Source of the DNA: Harriotta raleighana
Taxonomy: Eukaryota
DNA: 64,000 bases
Assembly: GCA_050575255.1 (NCBI GenBank)
Contig: JBNZDD010013638.1
Location: 2,482,697 to 2,546,696 of the forward strand
Reading direction: 5' to 3'
A program made the position numbers and the translations under genes. The notes under the pieces are model-generated. The model saw only the letters and a program-made list of their open reading frames with translations, was not told the origin of the DNA and made no database searches. The first letter of the stretch is position 1. Each line of letters begins with the position of its first letter. This document shows positions 51,371-64,000 of the stretch, piece by piece.

Positions 51371-52989
51371 CTATCACCCCACTTTGAGATATCTGTATCT
51401 TAAATAAATAATCCTTGTATTCAATACAGTGTTTCGTTACATTGTCGAAATGTCTCCAAGCTCCTCATGGAATTTACTATAAAGTACAGAGACTGTGTAT
51501 TTGTAAACTATGAGACTGTGATACTATATTTGCAATAGGTGATTTGCTGTGAGCCTTTTTTCAGATGTTTTTGGCTTTAGGAGCGTGTGAACTTGTATTT
51601 AAATTCTTAACTCAATAATCTAAACTGACAATGAGGAGCACAACTGGTAGCCTTGTTCTGCCCTTTTAGCAAAGAATACCAATGATTTTAGTGATATTTA
51701 AGCGAACTGACTTAAGCCACTAATGCAAATGGTATATTGGGCTCACACTGTCAACAGAGGGTGGGTTCGAGGGGATACAACACATTGCACTTTCAGCAGT
51801 TTAAACACNGCTCACACTGTCAACAGAGGGTGGGTTCGAGGGGATACAACACATTGCACTTTCAGCCGAGTCAAACTGAGCATGCACCCCCGTGCTTCCA
51901 TGGAATTTCATGGAAAGTCCACTGATCCACACAGCAACTTTCCACAGACCTACTGCCGACCACCCCTCCCTACCACCCCCACACACATAACCAGTAGAGG
52001 GTGCTGTAAAAAGAGTAGGAGCAAGATTTCTGTCTGGTTTCCCTTCCCCAATGGAGCCAATTTAGCCTTCTCTTGCAGCCATGCAAGAGAGACCAGCAAG
52101 CTCAGTGTGGACAATCATTTGAACCAGTGAGTTCCAGTCCATAAGCTACAGCTCTGTCTACTGCACCATCGAGCTTGCCCTTTATTTCACTGTAATTAAA
52201 GGATTTCTAACAACCCAAAGTCAATGCAATACAATGCAGTTTACACTTGTATTGTGTCTTTCACATTGGGAAAACGTCTCACAGTGTTTCACACAGCTGG
52301 CTGGGCATCTGAGTCTAGGGTACATAGAATAACTAGTGTAAATCCACATCATTCCAGTCAAAAGACAGCATTGTGGCCCCTTGTAACAAAAATATAATAA
52401 TTATTATTAATATACTACATATCATACAAAAATACATATTATTATCAAATTATGCCAAACTAGGAAATGGGAATGAATTAAAAATGAATTAGCTGTTCTG
52501 TGGCATTCTAAGGGCTAATGTCTGCAATAGAACAAAGCCGTTTTTTTTTGCTTTACATCATGCACTGTGGCTGGAGCAATGACCATTTATTTGATCTGCA
52601 ATAAGGTACAGAATAAAGTGAAGAGTGCCTATGTTTGAAACCTGTGCCAAAATGTGTGATATATACCACTTATCACCAATGTTAATGTAGCCACTCACTG
52701 ACAGCAGACTGCCTTGTTTGGGCAACATCAGACATGCATATTGCTCCCACAAAACTCTCATGTGTCTGACACAGTTATACAGTACTCAGAACTGTCGCCG
52801 GATGAGAAGTGTTCTATTTTCTACCAATGTCAACCTTCATACTGTAAGTACACAACATAAATTATTACATGAAAAAGGGAGCATTAAAGTATTCTCGGGA
52901 AAGGAGCTGAACCATGATTCAGTGTTTTCCATGCTTTGAGCCACGGCAAGTTGTAATGATTTTTTGTATTATAATAACTTCAATGCTAT

Positions 52990-53730
52990 CAGCATTAAAA
53001 TTGTTAAATTACGAGGAAAGGCTGCGTAAACTTGGATTGTATTCTATTGAGTTCAGAAGATTGAGGAGTGATTTGATTGAGGTATTTGAGATAAAAAATT
53101 GATTTGATAGCTTAGATACAGAGAAGCTATTTCCTCTTGTGGGGAATAGAATAATAATAATCCTTGCATTTTGATATAATGCTTTTCATGTCTTCTAGAT
53201 GTTTTAAAGCGCGTCACAGAATATACTGTAAAGTAAATTGACTGTATATTTGTGGGTGAAATGCAGCAGCCAATTGCACAGCAGTGTCCCACATCAGTCG
53301 TGGATTAAAATGACCAATTTATTATGGGGGGTTTTGGGGGATGGATTATTATTAGGCATGTGGAGTAAGGAAATTTGTCCAAGGTTTCACACTGACCTGC
53401 CTGGACTCAAAATACAGGTCTCACCCTTGTAAGGCGAGAGCTCTAACAACTGAGCTAGAGGACTCCACGGGAGTCCAAAATAAGGGAGCATAGTCTTAAA
53501 ATTAGAACCGGATCATTTAAGTGTGGAATCAGGAAGCACTTTTTCACTCAAAAGTTGATAGAAATCTGGAATTGTCTCCCTCAAAAAGGCTGTGTGGCTT
53601 CTGGTTCCATCCAAACTTTCAAGAGTGAGGTGATAGATTTTTGGTAGGCCAGGATATCAAGAGATATGGGGAGAAAGTGGGAAATTGAATTGAAAGGATA
53701 GTTGAGGTACTGATCAGCCATGATCTAATG
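52990..53730 (+). mobile_element. CR1 LINE 3' end interrupted by a SINE
   Basis: NYEERLRKLGLYSIEFRRLRSDLIEVF; after the SINE, RKHFFTQKLIEIWNCLP and the 3' UTR gatcagccatgatctaatgaaatgg. Confidence 0.88.
53150..53468 (-). mobile_element. tRNA-derived SINE (second family) inserted in CR1
   Basis: Reverse complement gtggagtcctctagctcagttgttagagctctcgccttacaagggtgagacc; homologous to 30331-30628. Confidence 0.82.
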
Positions 53731-55374
53731 AAATGGTGAAACGGGCTTGATATCATTCCCTGCTACCAAACGTACTGCCATTGTTTTCCACAAATTCCCC
53801 CATCTTCCTCGAGTCTTCTGAATTCCTGCCCGTCTGGTCCTCCTCAAATACTCGATTGATATTCTGCACGGCACTTGCTCCACCATCAACATTCTTTTTA
53901 TTACAGATCAAATCACTCCTATCATATCCCAAGGACTAAAGTCCAAGATCTGTGATGCTGAATGCACATGACTCAAATCTGGCTCATGATCCATCTCAAA
54001 GTCTGGCTGAACCACACCAAGGCCCCTCTCCCATGGTCTTCATTTAGTCTCATCCAGTGCTATCACCTCCCATCCTTGCACAATTACATGGAGTGTCCCA
54101 CAGAGCTCCATTCTCCATCCTTTACTTTTCACCCTCTTGCGAACATAGGAACAAGGAGTAGACCATTCAGCCTTTCACATACCGATGAGGTCCACTTCCA
54201 CATGAACACAGATGACACCTGAAAAACTCTCTGTTTCTACCCTTGATTTCAAACATCTTTTCTGACCAATTGCCTGTCACATCAATACCAACAAGACTGA
54301 GGCTCAGCTGTTTGGCTCCTGTCAGAGCCTTTTCATCACAGATTCTGAATCTTCAATCTGCATAGATCTTCAATCTATCTCACAGAGCTGATGAGGAACC
54401 TTGATGTCCTGGTCTTTCCCTAACAGTCCTTTAAACCTCACACACAACTTTCCCTCATTTCTGTAAGACTTCCTCCTTCCCTTATTATTTCTTTCCTGTT
54501 CTCCATTCAGGTCTGACTTTGATGTAATCTGGCTTCACAGCAAATGGTATGATTACTTGTATGATATCTACCCAAGCACTGTGAAACATAAATGGAAAGG
54601 GATGTAAAGTTTTGTTATAATCTATAGGTAAACATGCATGTTCATGTTTTAATTTACATTCTTCAAAATTGGTGTTTCACCAAGGTTGGTGTTTCTGTTG
54701 TTGTATCTGACATTCTACGCAACTTTGAAACAAAGTACCGCAGAGAGCTTTTATAACAATACACAGCCAGCCAAGGAATAATGATATTGAACAGATTCTA
54801 GGAACTAATTATCAGCATTTAGCTGTTCTTACCAAATTTTCTGCAAATATGGTATATGTCTTGGAAACGTTGCATAATATTAACTTTGAGCATGTTCCAC
54901 ATTAGATTACAAAGTAATATCAGTAAATGTTGAGTAAAACCTGGAAGTGGGATTGGTAGTTGGCTAAAAGGAAGGAAGCAAAAGAAACTGGATTCAAATG
55001 AGGGTAGGGATTGAGTGGAATGCCTCAGGGTTTGTGGTGGAATCCATCCTGATTCTACTTGAGTATACATAATTGATCTGGGTCTCAATGAGAGACTGGG
55101 AAAGAGAGAGATGAAAATTAATGATTCAGAAAGCCAAGATCTTACAAAGAGTGTTGGACAGAGTATAGAGAAACCTTCCTCAGTTGACTGGGTTCCATGT
55201 CTGTTATATGAGCAAGGTGTCAAAAGCTGTGAAAAATAGCTGTCTCCCACATTCTGAGATCGATGCTGATGTCAATTCTCCCATATAACGCACTGGAAAT
55301 TATACCAGTGACTCGGAAATAGAACAATTTTTACTGGGGATGCTGGCTAGTCAGCTGCAGAAGCTAGGTGCGAT

Positions 55375-55693
55375 AATAATGCTTATGATACTTGCATTTC
55401 ATATAACACCTTTTCACGTTAGGAGGACATCTCAAAGTGTTATATATGGTACACTTTAAAGTGTAGTTGCTGTATATTCTGTAGGCGAACAGGATCTTTA
55501 CCATTTGCCTGAATAGGCACACAAGACGTTGGTTTAAAGCTTATTTGAAGGACAGCATTGTCAGCAAACCAGTACTGTTAAAGCACTGCATTGACAGTAT
55601 AGATTGTGAGTTCAAAGTTTTGATTTGGGGATTGAACCCACAACGTCTGACTCAGAGGGGACAATGTTAGTAAACTCTGAACCAGCCTGACAC
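55375..55693 (-). mobile_element. Deu-type SINE, internally deleted
   Basis: Reversed head ggggattgaacccacaacgtctgactcagagg...agcctgacac and reversed tail cttgcatttcatataacacctttt. Confidence 0.65.
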
Positions 55694-57069
55694 AATCCCA
55701 TACAGCAGGCCCATGCTATAAGCAAGACAGCACTCTACCAAATTACGCTATCGTCTGTAAATACACAGTAAAGTCCTGTGAATCACTTTTGAGACACCTT
55801 GACCACGAAATAGGGTGCTATATCAAATGTAAGGATTATCAAATGCAAGGATTATCCTAATTGAGTACTCTTGCATGCACCTGGGCAGAAAGAACACTGA
55901 TAAATGGAGCTCAGTACAGATAAATGAAAGTTGCTGCATATTATAAGTAAAAATAAGAGTCACACACATTCCATGCAAGATGGAACTTGCCAAGAGCATT
56001 GTTGAAGGAGCCAAGGTGGTGTCCAAACAGTGCAAGGCAGCAATATACAAGGAAAACAGTGTTGCAAAACTCCTACTCTCGTTGCTAAGTACATACAGAA
56101 AAATATATTGCAACCTTTTACCCTGAACTGAATCTTGCTCTACAGTTCTACAGTTGTCAACCAGAGGGAACATATGCTTCTCAAACTGTCCCGGGAGAAG
56201 GTGACAGGTGACGTCTAAACAGTGTAGCCTGTCATAAATATCAAGTAAAAATGGTGCAGAGCCCAAAGAAAACAAAGGTACTTAATGAGATATTAAACTA
56301 AGGTTCTGTCTGCCTGTTCGAGTGGACATAATAATCCCATGGCATTAGTTGAAAAGAGAAAGTATTTTCTCCTGATATCCAGGCCAACAATCCCCTAAAA
56401 AAAATGGTCATTCACTTCATGGCTGTTAATGGACAATGCTGCGTGCAAATCGACTGCCACATTTCTCCTACAAAACATACTGTAGTGTACCCTGTGAAGC
56501 ACTTTATGACATTATCCCGATGTGAAAGGCACTATTACTAATATAAGGACTATTATTTGTTTTACTTAATTCAAGATCTCTCTGAGAAGAGATCCATTTA
56601 TCTAGGGAGCAGAAACTACTACATACTAAAACCTGTGTAAAATGAAGCTGGAAGAATGATTTCACATGTTGTGTTAAAAACTACTTACAGACATGTAATC
56701 TAACAATTTTTTTTATTGTAGGTTAATGTTCTGAGAGCCATTCATACTGTACACAATTCATTTGTTTGAGGAGATGTGGAAACGTCCATTATCTAAGCAG
56801 TTGAAAACTGGGTAGCATTTTTTTTCTTTAAATTGATCATCTGAGATGCACAACGTGAAGCAATGCTTTCTGGTTAAGTCCTCCTCTCATGCTTCAGATG
56901 AACCAGAAGCAATGTATGTTAATCTTGATATGATCTTTACGTGACCAAGCACAATATGCCTTCTGTCAGTGCTGATCTTAAAGATCACCTTTGAACTCAT
57001 TACAGAGCCTCAGCACTTTGAGCTTATTGAGCCTACACCTCCTGATTACTTTATCCACCTGACTCCACA

Positions 57070-57455
57070 GAGTCCTGGGGCTCAGTAGATATAGCACTCG
57101 CCTTGCAAGAGAGAGGATCTGGGTTTGATTTGTGGGCACAGCAAAATCTTACTGATAAATTTCAAGTTGCCTTACTCGACATAACTCTGTTTACCAAGTG
57201 GTAAGTAGGAACCCAATTGTTAGTCGATTGGCGGATCGCTTCTCTGGGGTAATAATCGCTATTTAAATTTGATCACTCAATCCACGACTGTTTGAAGGAC
57301 ACTGCGGTGTGCAGTTGGCTATAGCATTTCTTCCCATGAATATACACGATTCACTTTACAGTATCGTCTGTGAAGCACTTTGAGACATCTTGAAGATGTG
57401 ATAAGATGCTATATCAAATGCAAGGTTTATTATTATTAGTAGTAGTATTAGTATT
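57070..57455 (+). mobile_element. tRNA-derived SINE (second family)
   Basis: gagtcctggggctcagtagatatagcactcgccttgcaagagagagg, B-box-like gggtttgatt; tail gctatatcaaatgcaaggtttattattatt. Confidence 0.78.
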
Positions 57456-58424
57456 ATTAGTTTGGAATCCACCCTAAGATAGAACATTCACTGCCTAGAG
57501 ACATTGTTATGAAGTATATCTGTCTAAACAATTTAGACTAGCTCCACTTGTGAAATTAAATAAGTCATTTTCCTTTAAGTCATCCACAAGCAATCCATAG
57601 CACCTGACTAATAATTTCATGTGTTGTAGTAATAATAAAACATAGTCCTTGAATTTGATTTGACTGCTATACCATTGAAATATCTTAAACCACTTCATAG
57701 GGAATTGCTATAACTTTTTATCTCCCCTCCAACTCATACTGCCATTTGCATACAAAATACACAATTGTTACACTTTACAATCAATCCTGCAAAGTGCTTT
57801 CAGACCACCTCTGTTTGAAAGGCCACATCAAATATAAGAATTATTATTCAATTTTTTTTAGGGGTTTGGTGACATGTGAAGACTTATTTTGTGCACACTT
57901 GTACAATGAAGGAAAAACATTTCATCCTTTTATATACATATAAATATATTATTTTTATACACATTTGCCCAAGTGTTTGCCTGGCTCAAATAATGATTTT
58001 GTAACTATCCGTAGGGGGTCCACAGGAATTTTGTCTTAATAACTACCACTCAGACCTGTTTACATCAGATTGTACAAAATAATAATTTTCAGGCATTACA
58101 GGGTTAACAGTTTTCAAAACTGTATGGCTTTTTTAATACGCAAGGTCAGGTGAAATAAAGAGGAATGGGCAGGGATTAATGATAGTTGGTGTGTGGTCTA
58201 ATTGTTCCTGACATAATGTGAATTACTCGATGGTCCATCAAAAAACTAATTCTGTTCTTTAAAGCATTATGAATCCTGTGTTAATCGTTGACGCTACGTC
58301 AAAAAAATGTTCACAAATAGGTGATTAACATCTCCGTGGTTAAGAAACTGAGGACATAGCATTGGTATGTGAATTAGTAGATTTTGTACAGATGCCCAAT
58401 AAAAACCAAAAGAAATCTATTGTA

Positions 58425-58725
58425 AAACAACAACAAAATTATATTTATAGAGCGTCTTTCGCATCAGGAGGACGTCTCAAGGCGCTGAACAGTCAGAGGA
58501 CGGGACCTTGGGGAGGGGTGGGGTAGGGGGTAGGAGAGGGAGGGATCTGGGAGGGCAGGGGAAGACACGGTCGAAGAGGAAGGTTGAGACTGGCCTTGAA
58601 GGAGGCAAGGGAGGAAGCGAGGTGAAGGGACTGGGGAATGGAGTTCCAGAATGTGGGAGCAAAGAAGCTGACCATCCGGCTACTGATGGAAGGGTAGGTC
58701 GGGCGGGAGACAGGGAAGACATGCA
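58425..58725 (-). mobile_element. L2 LINE 3' end
   Basis: (CAA)n tail; SFFAPTFWNSIPQSLHLASSLASFKASL on the minus strand. Confidence 0.85.
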
Positions 58726-59391
58726 AAAGAAGGTGTTGTAGATTTATGACTTGCATGTGCACTGCACCTGCCTTATAGATTTGGCTCTGAATAAATAACA
58801 TTTCCTGATCTAGGAACAGGAATGGAACATTCAGTCCATCAGCTTATTTTACAATTTTACACAATACTAGCCGTATGCTTTGCAGCTATGTTTGCAACCA
58901 AAGCGTCCAATATGAAATATAGATTTCAGTGATACCACTCACAAACTATTTAACATGCCATAAACACTGTGTGTACACCTTAAGCAAAATTGCTACAAAA
59001 TTGTGATGAGCGTGTTTAGTTCATAACTCGCCAACGATAGGAAATCTCTGAAAACAAATACTGCTCATGACACTCCAAGGTGCAAGATCTTTCAGTTGAG
59101 GTATAAATAATGCCTCTATGTCTATCGGTTATTGAGATCATGGCTGATACACACAGACACGTACACAGACATTGTCGTTTTATTGGTATGGAAGACAATT
59201 TACACTTTATGCTTTTCACGTAAGGAGGATGTCTCAAAATGCTTGCTTGAATTTTATTGTCCAAGACTTCCATTCACTTTACACTGTTTGACCAAAACAC
59301 AGAGATCGAGCCAGAACATGTTAACTATTTTTTTTAAAATCTGAACCTCAAAAAAAAAGGCCCCAGCCTGTTGAATTTACATGTTTTGCAG

Positions 59392-59542
59392 ATCGAAAGC
59401 CAGCAACTGCTTACTGCAAACAGACCCTCAGAGTTTGAACTCAGTGATGCTGTCTTCCAAGTTGCCAGGGATGATCTACACAGCAGATGAACAGTGTCAG
59501 ATCCTCTTTGGCCCTACAGCTTCGTTTTGCAAGGAAATGCAG
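59392..59542 (+). CDS. ADAMTS19: ADAMTS19-like coding exon (end of catalytic domain, start of disintegrin-like domain)
   Basis: gttttgcag acceptor and gtaagt donor; 151 nt, phase 2 to 0. AG+A completes Arg, then [50 protein letters not shown], with the ADAMTS-typical LPGxxYxADEQC motif. Confidence 0.93.
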
Positions 59543-60029
59543 GTAAGTTTTCGTGCCTTGCTGATATGGGACCTGTTACGATTTACACAATACGCAATCT
59601 ATACAATGAATTAACCAGATCCTTTTCATGTTCTTTATTTGGGCTCCAGAGATGAAAAATATGTATGAGAGAGGGGAACTTATGCTGGCCTTGCCTGTGA
59701 AATATACAGTCACATCACTTTCAAATGGTGTGACTGGGAAGCACTTTACAACAAGCTTTATCAAATGCACAAATTATTATTACCTCTAAGAATTACAGAC
59801 TTTTCATTTGGGGTAAACTAGCCATTTTTTAAAGCATTATTTCTGCTTAGTTATTTGATTAATTTCATGGGTTTTATAACCAATTATGAAATATGCACAC
59901 TCCCTGGCTAAAAGTTGACTTTTTTTCTTTATTGGCTCTGAAGACTTGGGTCCTGGAAGCCCAATCAGAAAAATAGTATACTTTTGTCCAAGTGGATAAC
60001 AAACTTCGTCTCCATCTCAGCCGATCAAG

Positions 60030-60360
60030 TAAATTTTTTTTCAGTCAACTGCGTGTCTGACATGTGGAAACCCATCATCATGCTTAAGAGTATCCAAACC
60101 AAACTGAAAATTCCTTGCATCCCACCTACACATGGAAATCCCAGAGATAGATTGTTGGAATGAAGTATGCACTCTTACCCTGGAGGGATGCATCCTGCTT
60201 ACTTAATTCCAAGAAGTATAATGCGCATGTTGCCAAAAGCCAAGTCTTGGGGACCCCAGAGTCTGCACTGAGAATTAGCTGGTTAGAGTCCAGCAATACC
60301 CTACTGAGTTGGTGGACTGCTGGAGTCTAACCAGCTAAAACCATATAGCTTGCCAATCAA
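60030..60360 (+). mobile_element. Unclassified ancient coding-like relic, copy 3
   Basis: Blocks aagagtatccaaaccaaactga, ccctggagggatgcatcctgcttacttaattcca and aaccagctaaaac match the reverse complement of 18470-18698; frames LKSIQTKLKIP and PGGMHPAYLIP. Confidence 0.5.
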
Positions 60361-60719
60361 ATAAATACTAAACAAAAAATAAACACAGAAGCTGCTCTAG
60401 GGCTTATTACCAGCGTCAATAGAAAATTGCAGAAATATGTGCCTAAAATTGTGGGGTTATTTAACAAATTTTGCAGAAAATTGCAGGGGTTGATTGGTGC
60501 TTTTGAGAGGCACATTTTTACTCCTAATCTAGATTTATGTACCTACATGATTGTTTGAGGGAGGCCAAAGATGAGGCCCCAAACCTGGGAGAGAAGTGAA
60601 AATTAAGTTGTGGCCCGGGAACATATGCTTTTATTCACATTGTGCCAGTGTACTCAGCCATTAAAGCAAACTAAAGATGATATCAAAGATGGCGGGGATC
60701 TAAGTCCCAGGGGATGCAC

Positions 60720-60970
60720 CAACTCCGTATCAAGTAAAATAAGGTTTAGAGTTGCAAAGGGCAATTTCAGGACGGACACCTGGAAGTTTTTCTTTACTCA
60801 GAGGATAATTAACGATTGGAGCAGGTTACTTAGAAGAGGTGTTGAGGCCAAGACACTAGACTCATTTAAAAAACACAGATTTAGTGCAAAGACAGTAGAG
60901 TGAGTATTCTGTAAGGATGAGATCAGAAAGCTGAAGGGGCTTCTTCATCCAAACCAACGTTATGATTTTA
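60720..60970 (+). mobile_element. CR1 LINE 3' end
   Basis: KGNFRTDTWKFFFTQRIINDWSRL...VEAKTLDSFKK. Confidence 0.82.
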
Positions 60971-62719
60971 TGAAGCGTTATTTAACAACTGGGAAGGGTG
61001 GGCTGACACCTAGTGGTCATTTGGTCGGTAAAGTTGGAATCTATGAAACTGGAAAGTTCACACTGAAATAACTTTAATAGTATTTGTGCACAGGCCATTT
61101 GGAATAAATTTTAATTCTATTAATGTTTAATTGATTCAAATTACAGGTTATTTGAGTGAAAAATGACTTGCAGGAGCACATTCATTTTGAGCTGTTCAGC
61201 TACATATTATTGAATTACTTTTCACTTTATGGGCAACATTCACAAAACATTTATTATTCATTTTATAGCCTTGTGCTTTATGTCTTATTTACTGTGTAGT
61301 AAATAGATTTGTACTCACTTTGCATCAACAGTGATTGGGTTCAAAGCAATTGGACAATATATTTAAGGTGGTCATTATTCCTCCTTCCCTAATTGCTCAC
61401 AGCAGACAACCAGGACAGAAGGCATATAAGGATGAACTGCCTTGGCCAATGATTCTGCAGTTGAGTTGGGCGTTTATTTCATGTCTGTTTGTGGGACCTT
61501 GCTGGGAGCAAAATTGGCTGCCGTGTTTGTCTTTAATTACTGCACGTATAGCAATTACTTTTGAAGCATTTGTGACGCTTCAACATTGTAGGCACCATAT
61601 CAAATGCAAGGTTTTTAGTTTATTTAACTGATCTAATCCTTGACCACAATGTTAGAGAAGTAATTAGACAGGATTTGGGAGTGATCCCAAAAGGCAAAGA
61701 TTGTCTTCCTTCTTCCTTTTTTTTTCCTGTGGGAAAGCCTTGTGCTGCCGATTTTGTGATCTTTGAGGTCCGATTTGATTCCCCCGATTGGGAGTGTGTG
61801 ATCAAGGCTAGAAACATGAACTGCAATGAGTTTGAAAACTTGAGCACTATACCAATGGCATTTATTTCATGAAGTCTTTCTTGATGTCTCTACCCATTTG
61901 TACTGACAAGGAAGCCCAGTGGAAGCTCCCAGTAAAAACAAAAGCATCCTCTGTGACATCAAGTTATTTTCCCCTCTCATTTCTCCCATTACACACCAAT
62001 TTCTGGGAATGGTCTCTTAAGCTCTCTCTTGGCCATGCATGGACATTCCATCCTGACACACTGCAATTATAATAGCACAAAAGAAATCACCTTGCACTGC
62101 CAAGTAAAATAGATGTTTTAACAGGATGCTGCTAAGAATTGCTTTAGTGGCAACACGCATTGTAAAAATAAAAGCAGGGCCATTAGCTGCAGTGTTATTC
62201 CACAGTTTGTTTGTGATGTGTTAAATTAGATGACATTCAATCCGGCTGTAAAAAGAGACGTTTCGGCACTAAATTAAGCTCCAAATTGATGGTGTGCCAA
62301 ACTAATACAATACTCTTATATGACATTTAAGCCAAATGAACATTCGGTATCTCAATACAATACACTGTTTCAGTTTGCATGGAAATGAATCCAAGGCCTG
62401 GAAGGTATAAATGAGAATAACTATAAAACTTTTGCTTAATTATCAATTGCTAATTTCTGTATTCAGAGGGGAATTTGCCAGGATCTGTGGTTAAGACCAG
62501 GTCCCTGGAGCGTTCAGGTCAAATGAGCGGAAGAGACTTTTTTTTATCCAAACCAATTTTTTAAGCTTTGAGAAATGAATTTGGACTTTGGATTCAGATT
62601 CTCCAACAACAATTTGCACTTACTCCATATAGTGCATTTCATGGAGCACAACATCTGAAAGTACATTACAGAGACTGAGTGGGAGTCTGAGTTGGGTGGG
62701 AGATAGAGGATCTAAGGGA

Positions 62720-63060
62720 GAGATTATTTTAGTGGTTAGCGCACTTGCTTCGCAAGCGAGAGGACATGGGTTTGAATCCCAGGCAGGGCAAAATGTTAGG
62801 CAAATTTCCTTACTCCACCTCTGTTTACCTAGCAGTAACCAGGACCCAGTTGTTAGTCAAATGGTGAATTACTTTTCCTGGGTAATAATCCCTTCTCCCA
62901 ATAAAGGAAAACTAAAAACAATTTAGGTAATCAATCTATAACTGTTTATGGGATACAGCTGATGTGTTTCGCCCACAAAATATACAGTCAATTCACTTCA
63001 TTTTGAGATGTCTTGAAGATATAATGAGACACTATCAAATGGAAGAATTATTATTATCAT
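62720..63060 (+). mobile_element. tRNA-derived SINE (second family)
   Basis: tagtggttagcgcacttgcttcgcaagcgagaggacatgggtttgaatcccaggcagggc (A/B-box-like), shared body and tail. Confidence 0.75.
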
Positions 63061-63319
63061 AATTTATAGAGGTGGCTGAAAGCACAATCGAGAGGGATTT
63101 CAGAGAGACAGTGAAATTTAAGGAGAGAATTCCAAAGAGTGCAGAAAAAGTGGCTAAAAACAACAACAAAATTACACTTGTAATTTTCACATCAGGAGGA
63201 CGTCCCAAAAGCATTGACCACATCGTTTAAAACTGTGAAAATGTTTAAATAGTTATAAATAGCTGTGAAAATGCCGTGCTTCCCAATTTGTTATGTGTTA
63301 TGACAGAGCCTGTCTTAAT

Positions 63320-63600
63320 CATTTTCATCATCAAAATGTGGCAAATAAACCCAAGAGCCAATTTGGATTTATGAAAGACAAGTTATGCTAAGAATAACAT
63401 AATCAAATTAGCAAATAAAGGAAATGTGGTTGATGTGCTTTGACTTTCAAAAGCATTTGTCTATAATATTTATTAAAAAGATTTAGGTTTATAGGTTTAT
63501 AGGATTAAGGATTAAATTCTAATTGGATTAAAAAAGTATGAATTTGTAATTCAGAAATAGAAGGTTATTGTGAATGGAAATAACTGGGAAGTTATTGTTT
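63320..63600 (+). mobile_element. Old CR1 RT-region remnant
   Basis: ggatttatgaaagacaagttatgctaa (GFMK..SCL-like) and gttgatgtg...gactttcaaaagcattt (VDV..DFQKAF-like), with indels. Confidence 0.55.
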
Positions 63601-64000
63601 GTGTCTATGCATTTCACAGCACTCTACAGTAATAATGGTCAAGTGTAGTAGTTGGTTTCATAGGCTACTGTTGTCCAATACGTTGGCAAGTGGCCACATA
63701 TGACGAATTACATGTAAAAGTGTGACCAGATGAGGTTAATGCAGTATCAGCAATAAAAAGCGTACAAATCGTAGAAAACATGCATGTAACTGTTGATATT
63801 CGCTAATAATTCTGATGATGTGTGACCTTCATAGAAACTGTATGTTTGTTCTGTTCGTAAAATTCAAATACAAATTCAAATACAAATCACAATTCACTCA
63901 CAATAGATAGGTGTGTAGTGCAGAAGAGATGTGAACTAACCAATGATGTTAAGAGTGGAACTGAAAATTTTAATGGAGAATTGTCTTCTTCACATCCGGC

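Noticed and set aside
51723-51866. Apparent repeated peptide (AHTVNRGWVRGDTTHCTFS x2) or CRISPR-like direct repeat
   Set aside because: The duplication flanks an N gap and is an assembly overlap; there is no spacer array or cas gene, and the context is vertebrate.
58092-58107. piggyBac-like terminus ggcattacaggg|ttaa
   Set aside because: I found no matching opposite end, so this is too little to call an element.
61620-62072. Cluster of short overlapping ORFs in non-repeat-looking sequence
   Set aside because: No recognisable motif, and it does not match the expected next ADAMTS19 exon (HVICTGLWC-like).

Overview
This is eukaryotic (vertebrate) genomic DNA, not prokaryotic. Its repeat content (L2 and CR1 LINEs, Deu-type and other tRNA-derived SINEs) suggests a cartilaginous fish, possibly a chimaera; this is an inference. 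The window lies inside one large + strand gene, an ADAMTS metalloprotease matching ADAMTS19. Three coding exons (27727-27832, 44143-44283, 59392-59542) with canonical AG/GT borders and matching phases splice into [133 protein letters not shown]. That covers the zinc-binding site, the Met-turn and the start of the disintegrin-like domain. The rest is intron, dense with truncated L2 and CR1 LINEs, tRNA-derived SINEs, Tc1/mariner (pogo/Tigger-like) MITEs and one hAT MITE. Almost all ORFs in the supplied track are repeat-derived or spurious. Four single-N junctions flanked by duplications are assembly artefacts. I found no convincing new biological system. The most interesting unexplained signals are three diverged copies of an unclassified relic with coding-like features (possibly Zisupton-like), several stand-alone hairpins, and a locally templated 32-bp insertion.
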